Shown here piece by piece: positions 36,215 to 44,189 of a stretch of DNA of 44,189 nucleotides (position 1 is the stretch's first letter; every line of letters begins with the position of its first letter). Made by a program: the position numbers and the translations under genes. The stretch is from positions 1-44,189 of the forward strand of contig CAJZEA010000001.1 of NCBI GenBank assembly GCA_915066515.1, given 5' to 3'. The notes beneath the pieces were generated by a model. It was not told the origin of the DNA and did no database searches. It saw nothing but the letters and a program-made list of their open reading frames with translations. This stretch comes from an uncultured Neisseria sp. Lineage in GTDB: Bacteria; Pseudomonadota; Gammaproteobacteria; Burkholderiales; Neisseriaceae.

Positions 36215-38227
36215 TTAACTTCTATCCGCCTCAAATAGCACAAAATCGTCTGTGCCCGTTTTCGGCAATACCGCATACTCCGCCTCGATGACGTTTCCGC
36301 CCAAATTTCCCAGCTCGTCCCAAGCTGCCGCCTGTTCCAGTGCCGGATTGACTTCCGCATTCGCGAGCTTGATTGCATTTTCCGCCCGCTTGATTTTGCC
36401 TTTTCGACGTTTTTCCGCCAGTTGGTCGATACGAGCCGTCGGGAAAGCCTCGCGGGTATTGCCGTTGGCCTGCGCCTTAGTGATAAACTTGCCGTCCATA
36501 TCAAACACATTGACCGCCGACGCATCGCTCAAATCGTAGCTGACCCGTACCTCGTCCTTGTGATACTCCGCCAGCTCGGTTGAGAAATAAGAGTTGTTGA
36601 ACAAATCCAGCCAACCGCGCTGTACTTTTCGCACCTCTTGCGGCATAAACATCGTCGCCAGCTCTTCTGCCGACAACATATCCGGCGCAATCCCGTCCTG
36701 TTCCAGCCTCATTTCCCGATAAGCCTTCGGCGAATAATGCCCGCCGTCAGGATGTCGGGGCAGCTCGCTGTGCGGACGGTTGTTGTATTCGTCGATACAC
36801 TTGACCACATCCGCGATAAAGCGCGACCAGCTCGGCAGTTTTTTCAAATATTTCTGTTGTTCCTCCGTTAAATCCTTGCCTTTTTCCAAAGCGTTAAAAG
36901 CACTTTCCATCTTGCGGTACATCAGATTCTTCGTGCTGCTGTCCATCCCCGCGCCCGCAAACGTCTCATACTGGCGCGCCATCTCAATCAGATTGTCTTT
37001 CCACCATCGCTCAATGATGCCGCGCCCTTGCGGGTTGCCCGCGATACCCGTTTCATGCCGGATACCCAATCGGGACGTAATACCCGTGATTTCATGATCT
37101 ATCGTCTTACCAGTTTGGCCGCCGCCGTTATCCGAGTAGTAGATAATCGGCAAACCAAAGTGCTTGACCCCGATACGCAGAGCGTCCGATACCGCCACAC
37201 AACTTTCAGCCAACGACACCGAAAAACCGACCACAAACCGCGTACAACCATCAATAATCACCGTTACTTCCGGCTTAAACGGCCTGCCGTGTACCGGATG
37301 AGCCACCTTCGCCTTAAAGCTGTGGCCGTCGCCGATCCAAACATCGTTCGGCTTCAAAGCCCCCCAATCACGTTTCACATAAGGCAGCAGCGATTTATAA
37401 GCCGCCCCCGTTTTCCTGCCGCGCTCCTGCATAATCATCGGCAGCTTGTCCCAAACGCGCCGCACCATACTCAAGTTAGGCACATCATTGACCGGCATAT
37501 TTTCCGCTTCAGCCCACTGCACAAACCGGCGGTAGCTGTGCGCCAGCTTTGGCGCGGACGGAATATTGTGAAACTGCATAAACATCGGCAACCATCCGTA
37601 ACTTTCAATCGGCTTGACCGCCTTCGTCGTCTTCGGAGCCAAAGCAACCAACCGCTCCGTCGCGTTTTCCGCCTTCAAATAAGCAGATATCCAGCCGTCT
37701 AAAGTACGTTCGCCAACCTTTGCCGACCGACTGCGGTCATTGGCCTTTTCCAAGTTCCCAAGCGTGACCGCGTCCAATTTACCTTCTGCCAGCAAGCCCA
37801 AAAACTGAGCCACCGCAGCCTTCGCAGAGCAACCGTATTGGTATTTAATCCCCAACACCGCCGCCACCACCGCACATCGTGCATCCGCCACCGACCGTTG
37901 TTTCTCGTTCAGCAGCTTGGCCGCTTCAGCCAGTGCTTGAGCCGATATCGCCGTCCCCGGTCTGACTTGGGGCAACATTTTCGGCATCTTCTCCGCCAGC
38001 TCGTCCGACTGCCGTTTCATGATGGCTGCTCGGATTTCGGCAGGGAGGGAAGCGATTAAGTATTTTTTCAGACGGCCTCCACGCGCTTTGCCAACTTCTT
38101 CGATGTACGGCCAGCCTTGTGTCTTGGCTCGCTTCTCAATCGCCTGTCTTGATACTTGTAGATTTGGCAACCGTAAATTTGCGAGTTCTGATGATGAAAG
38201 ACTATCTGTTTGCATATAAAACTCCAC
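36215..38227 (-). CDS. MuA-like DDE transposase
   Basis: WIGDGH, YSDNG and GRGIIER (DDE) motifs; N-terminal Mu-type DNA-binding domain. Confidence 0.94.
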   Translation of the reverse strand: MEFYMQTDSLSSSELANLRLPNLQVSRQAIEKRAKTQGWPYIEEVGKARGGRLKKYLIASLPAEIRAAIMKRQSDELAEKMPKMLPQVRPGTAISAQALAEAAKLLNEKQRSVADARCAVVAAVLGIKYQYGCSAKAAVAQFLGLLAEGKLDAVTLGNLEKANDRSRSAKVGERTLDGWISAYLKAENATERLVALAPKTTKAVKPIESYGWLPMFMQFHNIPSAPKLAHSYRRFVQWAEAENMPVNDVPNLSMVRRVWDKLPMIMQERGRKTGAAYKSLLPYVKRDWGALKPNDVWIGDGHSFKAKVAHPVHGRPFKPEVTVIIDGCTRFVVGFSVSLAESCVAVSDALRIGVKHFGLPIIYYSDNGGGQTGKTIDHEITGITSRLGIRHETGIAGNPQGRGIIERWWKDNLIEMARQYETFAGAGMDSSTKNLMYRKMESAFNALEKGKDLTEEQQKYLKKLPSWSRFIADVVKCIDEYNNRPHSELPRHPDGGHYSPKAYREMRLEQDGIAPDMLSAEELATMFMPQEVRKVQRGWLDLFNNSYFSTELAEYHKDEVRVSYDLSDASAVNVFDMDGKFITKAQANGNTREAFPTARIDQLAEKRRKGKIKRAENAIKLANAEVNPALEQAAAWDELGNLGGNVIEAEYAVLPKTGTDDFVLFEADRS

Positions 38228-38289
38228 TTATCCCGCTTTTAGTTCATTTGTAATCATTTGCATGATTTCTTTTAAACATCTGCGTATAA

Positions 38290-38538
38290 TTAGTGCGAAG
38301 CACTTAATACTGGCTTGAAATTACGTTCTTCATAGCGTGTCGGCCAAATTACTTCAGGTGGGACGCCTATTGCATCTGCAATGATTTTTTCTCCTTTCAA
38401 ATAAGGGAATTGCAATGCGCCTTTCAATGTATTTGGTGACAAGCCGGATGCAACACTAAGAGCTCTTACTGACCAACCACGTTTTTTGAGTGCTGCAACA
38501 ATATCTGCGCGGTGCCAATCTGCGTTTTTTTGTACCAT
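38290..38538 (-). CDS. ner: Ner-like transcriptional regulator
   Basis: DWHRADIVAALKKRG...GEKIIADAIG..PEVIWPTRY. Confidence 0.93.
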   Translation of the reverse strand: MVQKNADWHRADIVAALKKRGWSVRALSVASGLSPNTLKGALQFPYLKGEKIIADAIGVPPEVIWPTRYEERNFKPVLSASH

Positions 38539-38600
38539 TTCACTTACTCCATACGTTAAACCGTTTTTCTAACCGTTTGTTCTTGGTTGATTGAATAATA

Positions 38601-38758
38601 TATGCAACCAGATAATATGTAAAGCGGTTGCATAGAGAAAAATATAAGCTTTCGCTTAGGTTTTCTGTATGTTTTTGTTTATTAAAAGAATTAATTTTAT
38701 GCAACCAAATACATTTAGTTGCATAGAAAGTTGCATAGATATTTTTATGTATGCAACC
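38601..38758. promoter_or_regulatory. Lysis-lysogeny operator region with six TATGCAAC motifs
   Basis: TATGCAACC at 38601, 38698 and 38750; inverted RGTTGCATA at 38626, 38717 and 38729. Confidence 0.75.
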
Positions 38759-38775
38759 GCATATAGAGATAACTT

Positions 38776-39495
38776 ATGAATACTTTTAAAGAAAGATTGA
38801 CCTACTTATGGCGCGATAACCCAAAGCCTGCGGTTATTGCAAGAGATATTGGAATGAGCCCGCCCGGATTTAACCGGATTTGGTATAACGACGGCCTTCC
38901 AAACACTGAAACCCTTATAAAGATTCAAGAATCTACCGGGTGTGATTTGAACTGGCTGCTGACCGGCAAAGGCTTACCGTATCTTGATAAAGCCAGACCA
39001 GAAAACGCCGGGGCATTCTCTGTAAGCAGAAATTCTGATGGAATTACTGACACTATGGGCAACCCTGTCGACTTGTCAGAGTTTGTATTCGTGCCGCGCT
39101 ACAACGTAGCCGCAGCAGCAGGGTATGGTGCACCGGTCTTCGGCGAAGAACCTTTGTTCTGCTTGGCTTTCCGGAAATATTGGATTGACAACTATGTGAC
39201 CAAACAGCCGGAAAAGCTGTCTGTAATTACCGTTAAAGGCGATTCAATGGAGGGTGTGCTCAATCATGGGGATTCCATTCTCATCAATCACGCCGAAACC
39301 GACCCGCGTGACGGCCTATATGTCTTGCGTATAGGCAATGACCTCTTTGTTAAACGTGTGCAACGCATACCGGGCAAACTGCTTGTAACGTCTGAAAATC
39401 CACGTTACGCACCGTTTGAAATAGATTTGAGTAATGCCCAAGACGACATCGCCATCATAGGCCGTGTTGAGTGGTATGGCCGGAGTATCGATTAA
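38776..39495 (+). CDS. Prophage repressor, HTH + S24 peptidase (CI/LexA-like)
   Basis: LNWLLTGKG; AAG cleavage site; GDSM Ser and VKR Lys present; divergent from ner. Confidence 0.9.
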   Translation: MNTFKERLTYLWRDNPKPAVIARDIGMSPPGFNRIWYNDGLPNTETLIKIQESTGCDLNWLLTGKGLPYLDKARPENAGAFSVSRNSDGITDTMGNPVDLSEFVFVPRYNVAAAAGYGAPVFGEEPLFCLAFRKYWIDNYVTKQPEKLSVITVKGDSMEGVLNHGDSILINHAETDPRDGLYVLRIGNDLFVKRVQRIPGKLLVTSENPRYAPFEIDLSNAQDDIAIIGRVEWYGRSID

Positions 39496-39722
39496 ATCCA
39501 TTTTAAAAACCTCTTAAAACAGTTTTAAAAAATTCCCAATCCCGTCAGCTTTCAACAAAAAACCGCGCATTCCGGCGCGGTTTCGTGAAAAAGCTGGCGT
39601 AACTTTTCCGGATACAAAAAAACGCTGAAATCCACGTCTTTCCAAGATTTCAGCGTTTTTTTACTCTATTTGTTCCTTGTGCAAAAACTAACAGTCCCCC
39701 ACATTTGGGCTATGCCAAAATG

Positions 39723-39879
39723 TATAGTGGATTAAATTTAAATCAGGACAAGGCGACAAAGCCGCAGACAGTACAGATAGTACGGAACCGATTCACTTGG
39801 TGCTTCAGCACCTTAGAGAATCGTTCTCTTTGAGCTAAGGCGAGGCAACGCCGTGCTGGTTTAAAGTTAATCCACTATA
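39723..39879. mobile_element. Correia element (157 bp MITE)
   Basis: TATAGTGGATTAA...TTAATCCACTATA terminal inverted repeats and a typical core. Confidence 0.93.
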
Positions 39880-39882
39880 AAA

Positions 39883-39922
39883 AGGTCGTCTGAAACCTTA
39901 TTGATAGGTTTTCAGACGACCT
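39883..39922. terminator. Inverted mucosa-type DUS pair, terminator for pta
   Basis: AGGTCGTCTGAA...TTCAGACGACCT. Confidence 0.8.
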
Positions 39923-39947
39923 GTGTTTACTTTAAAAATTCAAGTAA

Positions 39948-41450
39948 TCAGTTTGCCATTTGTTTTGCCTGAACCGCTGTCAGGGCAATGGTGAAGACGA
40001 TGTCTTCTACCAATGCGCCGCGGGAGAGGTCGTTGACCGGTTTGCGCAAACCTTGCAACAGAGGGCCGACGCTCAGGACGTTGGCGCTGCGTTGTACGGC
40101 TTTGTAGGTGCAGTTGCCGGTGTTGAGGCTTGGGAAAATCAGGACGGTTGCCTGACCGGCGACGGTGCTTTCAGGGGCTTTGGTTTTGCCGATTTCAGGC
40201 ACGGTAGCCGCATCGTATTGCAGCGGGCCGTCGATTTCCAAGTCCGGGCGTTTTTCTTTCGCCAGTTTGGTCGCTTCAATCACGGCATCGACATCAGGGC
40301 CGCTGCCTGAGTTGATGGTGGAGTAGGAAATCATGGCAACTTTAGGCGGGATACCGAAGGCTTTGGCGGTATCGGCGGATTGGATGGCGATATCGGCAAG
40401 CTGTTCGGGCGTCGGGTTCGGGTTGACCGCGCAGTCGCCGAAGACGAGGACTTGGTTGGGCAGCAGCATGAAGAATACGCTGGACACGAGGCTGGCGCCC
40501 GGTGCGGTTTTAATCAGCTGCAAAGCGGGGCGGATAGTGTTGGCAGTCGTATGAACGGCACCGGATACCAAGCCGTCCACGTCGTTTTGCGCCATCATCA
40601 TGGTGCCGAGGACAACGGTGTCTTGCAGTTGTTTGCGGGCATCTTCAGGGGTCAGGCCTTTGGATTTGCGCAATTCGCACATCGGCTCGACGTATTGTTC
40701 GATCAATGTAGCGGGATCGACGATTTCCAAAGAGTCAGGCAGGTTGATGCCGCGTTCTTTGGCAACGGCTTCAACTTCTTCGCGTTTGGCAAGCAAGACG
40801 CAGCGGGCAATGCCTTTTTCGTGGCAGATGGCGGCTGCGGCGACGGTACGCGGTTCTGCACCTTCGGGCAGGACAATGCGCATATCGGCTTTTTGGGCAA
40901 AATCAATCAGGTTGTAACGGAATTGGGCGGGAGACAGGCGGGAGGCTTCGCGTTTTGCTAAAGCAGATACGTCTTTGAGCGCGCTGCTTGAACCGTAGAA
41001 CGTCAGTCCGGTCAGGCGGGCAACTTCTTCGCCTACGGATGCTGCTGCGCCTTCAATGATGAAGCCTTCCAAAAGGCCCGGAGAGTTGGTGTAAAGCTGT
41101 TTGGCAAGGTTGATTCGGTGTGCCGCTTCGGCTGCGTCGGCATTGTCAGATTGCAATGCCAAAACTACGCCTGCATCCAAAGACAGCGCCAGCTCGACGT
41201 TTTTGCCGGACAGGAAGAGTTTGTCCGCATCGGGGGCGATACCTTCGATAACGAGTTTGTCGGTATTGAGTGCGACGGCTTTGCCGACCACAGCGTCAAA
41301 CCAGTCGTCGCTTTTGCCTTGTGCCAACAGAGTTTCGGCGGATGCGTCGAGCGGTTGGAAAACTTGCGCGCCCAAAGCTTGGGCAAAGGCTTTGCTTGCT
41401 GCTGCCACGTCCAAACCGGCGGATACCGGAGCGACCAATAATTTAGCCAT
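39948..41450 (-). CDS. pta: Phosphate acetyltransferase
   Basis: [36 protein letters not shown] and PVNDLSRG motifs. Confidence 0.96.
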   Translation of the reverse strand: MAKLLVAPVSAGLDVAAASKAFAQALGAQVFQPLDASAETLLAQGKSDDWFDAVVGKAVALNTDKLVIEGIAPDADKLFLSGKNVELALSLDAGVVLALQSDNADAAEAAHRINLAKQLYTNSPGLLEGFIIEGAAASVGEEVARLTGLTFYGSSSALKDVSALAKREASRLSPAQFRYNLIDFAQKADMRIVLPEGAEPRTVAAAAICHEKGIARCVLLAKREEVEAVAKERGINLPDSLEIVDPATLIEQYVEPMCELRKSKGLTPEDARKQLQDTVVLGTMMMAQNDVDGLVSGAVHTTANTIRPALQLIKTAPGASLVSSVFFMLLPNQVLVFGDCAVNPNPTPEQLADIAIQSADTAKAFGIPPKVAMISYSTINSGSGPDVDAVIEATKLAKEKRPDLEIDGPLQYDAATVPEIGKTKAPESTVAGQATVLIFPSLNTGNCTYKAVQRSANVLSVGPLLQGLRKPVNDLSRGALVEDIVFTIALTAVQAKQMAN

Positions 41451-41834
41451 GATATGTGTCCTTTCTATTTGGAGGTTGTCCGTCTTGGAGGTTGTCCGTC
41501 GCCGCCGTGATGCGGACGTAACGGCAATGGCTTAATACTAACAAACAAATTGCGTTTCCAACAAGGTTAAATGTTAATGGATTGAGCGAAAATGCAATGG
41601 ATTTTTAAGAAACGCTTAGAAAGCCGGTTAAAATTACCCCCCCTTTCCTTTTAATCTTTCCTGATTACTGCGGACAATGCCGTTTGAAATGAAAAAAGCC
41701 AAGCCCTGTAACATACAGAACCCAGCTGATAGCAACCATCTGAACAGATTTTAATGAATACTCAAGATTTAAAGGATTCTTACCTTCAAATTCGAGTTTT
41801 CAGACGACCTCCCGTTTCGGCAACCAAATCTGCC

Positions 41835-41930
41835 GTAGGTCGGATTCTTGAATCCGACATCTCCATCTGCAACAATGTGTAAAGAAAACAGAAGCATTAA
41901 ATATTTGTCGGATACAAGTATCCAACCTAC
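41835..41930. repeat. Inverted pair of GTAG-type REP-like palindromes
   Basis: GTAGGTCGGATTCTTGAATCCGAC (41835-58) and GTCGGATACAAGTATCCAACCTAC (41907-30). Confidence 0.65.
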
Positions 41931-42057
41931 ACATTACACAGCAATGACGCCGCAACTGATTTTATTCCGCAACGGAAAGACAAAAAAGGCCGTCTGAAAA
42001 CCTTGAATCAGGTTTTCAGACGACCTTTCATTCCGGCAGATTGATGAGATCAATCCA

Positions 42058-43464
42058 TCAAGCCTGTTTCAACTTCGCATCGGCATCGCGCAACGCGGTG
42101 CGCAGACCTTCCTCGATAACGGGATGGTAGAACGGCATCTCCAGCATTTGCTCAACGGTCATCTTCATTTGATGCGCCCATGCCAACAGGTGTGCCAAAT
42201 GTTCGGCGGCCGGGCCTAAGATTTCCGCGCCAATAAAGCGGCCGGTGGCTTTTTCGGCATACAGGCGCATATGGCCTTTGTTTACCAGCATCACGCGGCT
42301 GCGGCCTTGGTTTTTAAACGATACTTCGCCGATGACAAATTCGTCGGGTTGGTATTGCGCGGCAACTTGCGCGTATTTCAAACCGACAAAGCCGATTTGC
42401 GGATTGGTAAACACCACTCCGATGGTGCTGCGGCGCAAACCGCCGCCGATATTCGGGTAGCGGCCCGCATTGTCGCCGGCAATCTTGCCTTGGTCGGCAG
42501 CTTCGTGCAGCAGAGGCAGTTGATTGGACGCGTCGCCCGCGATGAAGATATGCGGAATACTGGTCTGCATGGTCAGCGGATCGGCAACGGGTACGCCGCG
42601 CGCATCTTTTTCGATATTGATATTTTCCAAACCGATATTGTCAACGTTCGGACGGCGGCCTACGGCTGCCAGCATATATTCGGCAACAAATACGCCTTTT
42701 TCGCCATTCTGCTCCCAATGGACTTCTACCTTGCCGTCCGCATCGAGTTTGACCTCGGTTTTAGCATCCAGATGCAGTTTCAATTCTTCGCCGAACACGG
42801 CTTTCGCCTCGTCTGAAACGACGGGGTCGGAAATACCGCCGATGATGCCGCCCAAGCCGAAAATTTCGACTTTCACGCCCAAACGGTGCAATGCCTGACC
42901 CAGTTCCAAACCGATAACGCCCGGTCCGAACACGGCAACGCTCTTGGGCAGCGTATCCCATGAGAAAACGTCGTCGTTGATAATCAAACGTTCACCCAAA
43001 GACTGCCACTGCGGCAGGATGACGGGACGCGAGCCGGTAGCAATCACGAAACTTTTTGCCGTGATTTGGGTATGGTCGTCGATTTGAACGGTATTCTCGT
43101 CGATAAATTTAGCCGAACCCATAATGCGCTTGTCGGCAGGCCATTCTTCCACATCGGCAACGACAAAGCCGACAAAACGGTCACGCTCGGATTTGACGCG
43201 CTGCATGACTTCTTCGCCGTTGACGACGATGCTGTCTTTATCCAAATGCACGCCGAACGGGTCGGTATGTAATGCGTGATGGCGCGCCTCTGCGGCAGCA
43301 ATCAAGAGTTTGGAAGGCATACAGCCCACGCGCGCGCAGGTCGTGCCGAACACATTGTTTTCAATCAGGTAAACATTATCCGAATGTAAACGGGCATTGC
43401 GAAACGCGCCCATACCGGCAGTACCGCCGCCGATTACGACGACATCTGCTTGAATTTTTTTCAT
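42058..43464 (-). CDS. Dihydrolipoamide dehydrogenase-like flavin disulfide reductase
   Basis: GGGTAG FAD motif, TCARVGCMPSK redox motif, YHPVIEE; downstream of prx-grx. Confidence 0.9.
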   Translation of the reverse strand: MKKIQADVVVIGGGTAGMGAFRNARLHSDNVYLIENNVFGTTCARVGCMPSKLLIAAAEARHHALHTDPFGVHLDKDSIVVNGEEVMQRVKSERDRFVGFVVADVEEWPADKRIMGSAKFIDENTVQIDDHTQITAKSFVIATGSRPVILPQWQSLGERLIINDDVFSWDTLPKSVAVFGPGVIGLELGQALHRLGVKVEIFGLGGIIGGISDPVVSDEAKAVFGEELKLHLDAKTEVKLDADGKVEVHWEQNGEKGVFVAEYMLAAVGRRPNVDNIGLENINIEKDARGVPVADPLTMQTSIPHIFIAGDASNQLPLLHEAADQGKIAGDNAGRYPNIGGGLRRSTIGVVFTNPQIGFVGLKYAQVAAQYQPDEFVIGEVSFKNQGRSRVMLVNKGHMRLYAEKATGRFIGAEILGPAAEHLAHLLAWAHQMKMTVEQMLEMPFYHPVIEEGLRTALRDADAKLKQA

Positions 43465-43883
43465 AATCTTTGTCCTTTTTTGTTGAGCGTCCGAAGCGGT
43501 ATCAGCGTGAAGCGTATCAAGTTTTCAGACGACCTCCTTAACAAACTATCGATAATATAAAATCGATAGTCATTTTAAAAATCTCGATTTAAAACGATAA
43601 TCTCAAATTCTACTTGTAAATATAGAGCTATTCAGAACGACCGTGTAGCGTATCGTCTGAATAACTCTATTTTTCTGTTCAGACGGTTTTATTCAAACCG
43701 TCTTTAGGGTTTGTCGACATTCAATTTTCCAAGTGGATTTTTGTTTCCAAAGCGGAAGATTCAAGGCGAAAACCGCAACAAGGTTGGACACCTTGTAAGG
43801 ATTTCCAACGCAGAAGATGCCGCTTTGGAGATGAAAAGACACGGAAACTATTGAATATCGACAGACCCCATAGCATCAAGCAA

Positions 43884-44189
43884 TTAGTTTTTAGCCAAGT
43901 AAGCTTCCAAATCTTCGCTACCACCGATGTATTTGCCGCCGATGAAGACTTGAGGAGCAGTCATCTTGCCAGTAATGGCACGAACGGAAGTAACGGTTGC
44001 ATCTTTGCCCAATACGATTTCTTCGTAAGACAAACCTTTGTCTTGCAAAGCTTTTTTAGCTTTAGCACAGAATTGGCAACCAGGTTTGGTGAAGATGGCA
44101 ACAGACTCTTGAGCTTTCCAGTCAGGAGCAATATATTTCAACATAGTGTCAGCGTCAGACACTTTGAAAGGATCGCCTGGTTCTTCAGG
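43884..44189 (-). CDS. Peroxiredoxin-glutaredoxin hybrid, 3' part (continues beyond the window)
   Basis: DPFKVSDADTML followed by a glutaredoxin domain with CQFC and PQVFIGG. Confidence 0.88.
   Translation of the reverse strand, partial: PEEPGDPFKVSDADTMLKYIAPDWKAQESVAIFTKPGCQFCAKAKKALQDKGLSYEEIVLGKDATVTSVRAITGKMTAPQVFIGGKYIGGSEDLEAYLAKN

Larger units (their letters stand above)
233..39703 (-). mobile_element. Mu-like transposable prophage, apparently complete, non-contractile (sipho-type) tail
   Basis: Ends TGT(233) and ACA(39703), each with YTTTTGCAC starting 16 bp inside the end; gene order c/ner/A/B/gam/gemA/mor/lysis/head/tail/com/MTase; no tail sheath gene seen. Confidence 0.93.

Noticed and set aside
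39723..39879. Correia element as part of the prophage
   Set aside because: Lies 19 bp outside the ACA end and is a common host MITE
43721..43924. 67-aa ORF after the prx-grx gene
   Set aside because: Overlaps the upstream gene out of frame and has no recognisable features

Overview
Chromosomal window from a commensal Neisseria; the host flanks carry mostly the AGGTCGTCTGAA 'mucosa-type' DNA uptake sequence (DUS). An apparently complete ~39.5 kb Mu-like transposable prophage (233..39703, TGT...ACA ends) sits between the 5' end of fumC and a Correia element followed by pta. Except for the repressor, the phage genes are on the - strand, running from right to left: c repressor/ner/A/B and early genes, gam, an accessory cassette, gemA/mor, lysis, terminase/portal/MuF, head, non-contractile tail, a capsid-decoration-SGNH fusion, com and a frameshifted adenine methylase. 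To the right lie host pta, a REP pair, a dihydrolipoamide-dehydrogenase-like flavoprotein and the 3' end of a peroxiredoxin-glutaredoxin hybrid. Most notable observations: (1) a putative anti-CRISPR locus with Aca2-like and Aca3-like regulators, a duplicated operator-bearing promoter whose 5' hairpin shows a compensatory base change, unrecognised small candidate Acr genes and an embedded tyrosine recombinase; (2) an unannotated 37-aa early peptide resembling the RecA N-terminal polymerisation motif; (3) a second capsid decoration paralog fused to an SGNH hydrolase; (4) a MuF protein with a CdiA-like tRNase toxin tail and an adjacent immunity-like gene; (5) NrdR-box-like sites at the gemA-mor promoter. 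All family assignments come from reading motifs and recalling sequences; no database search was run.
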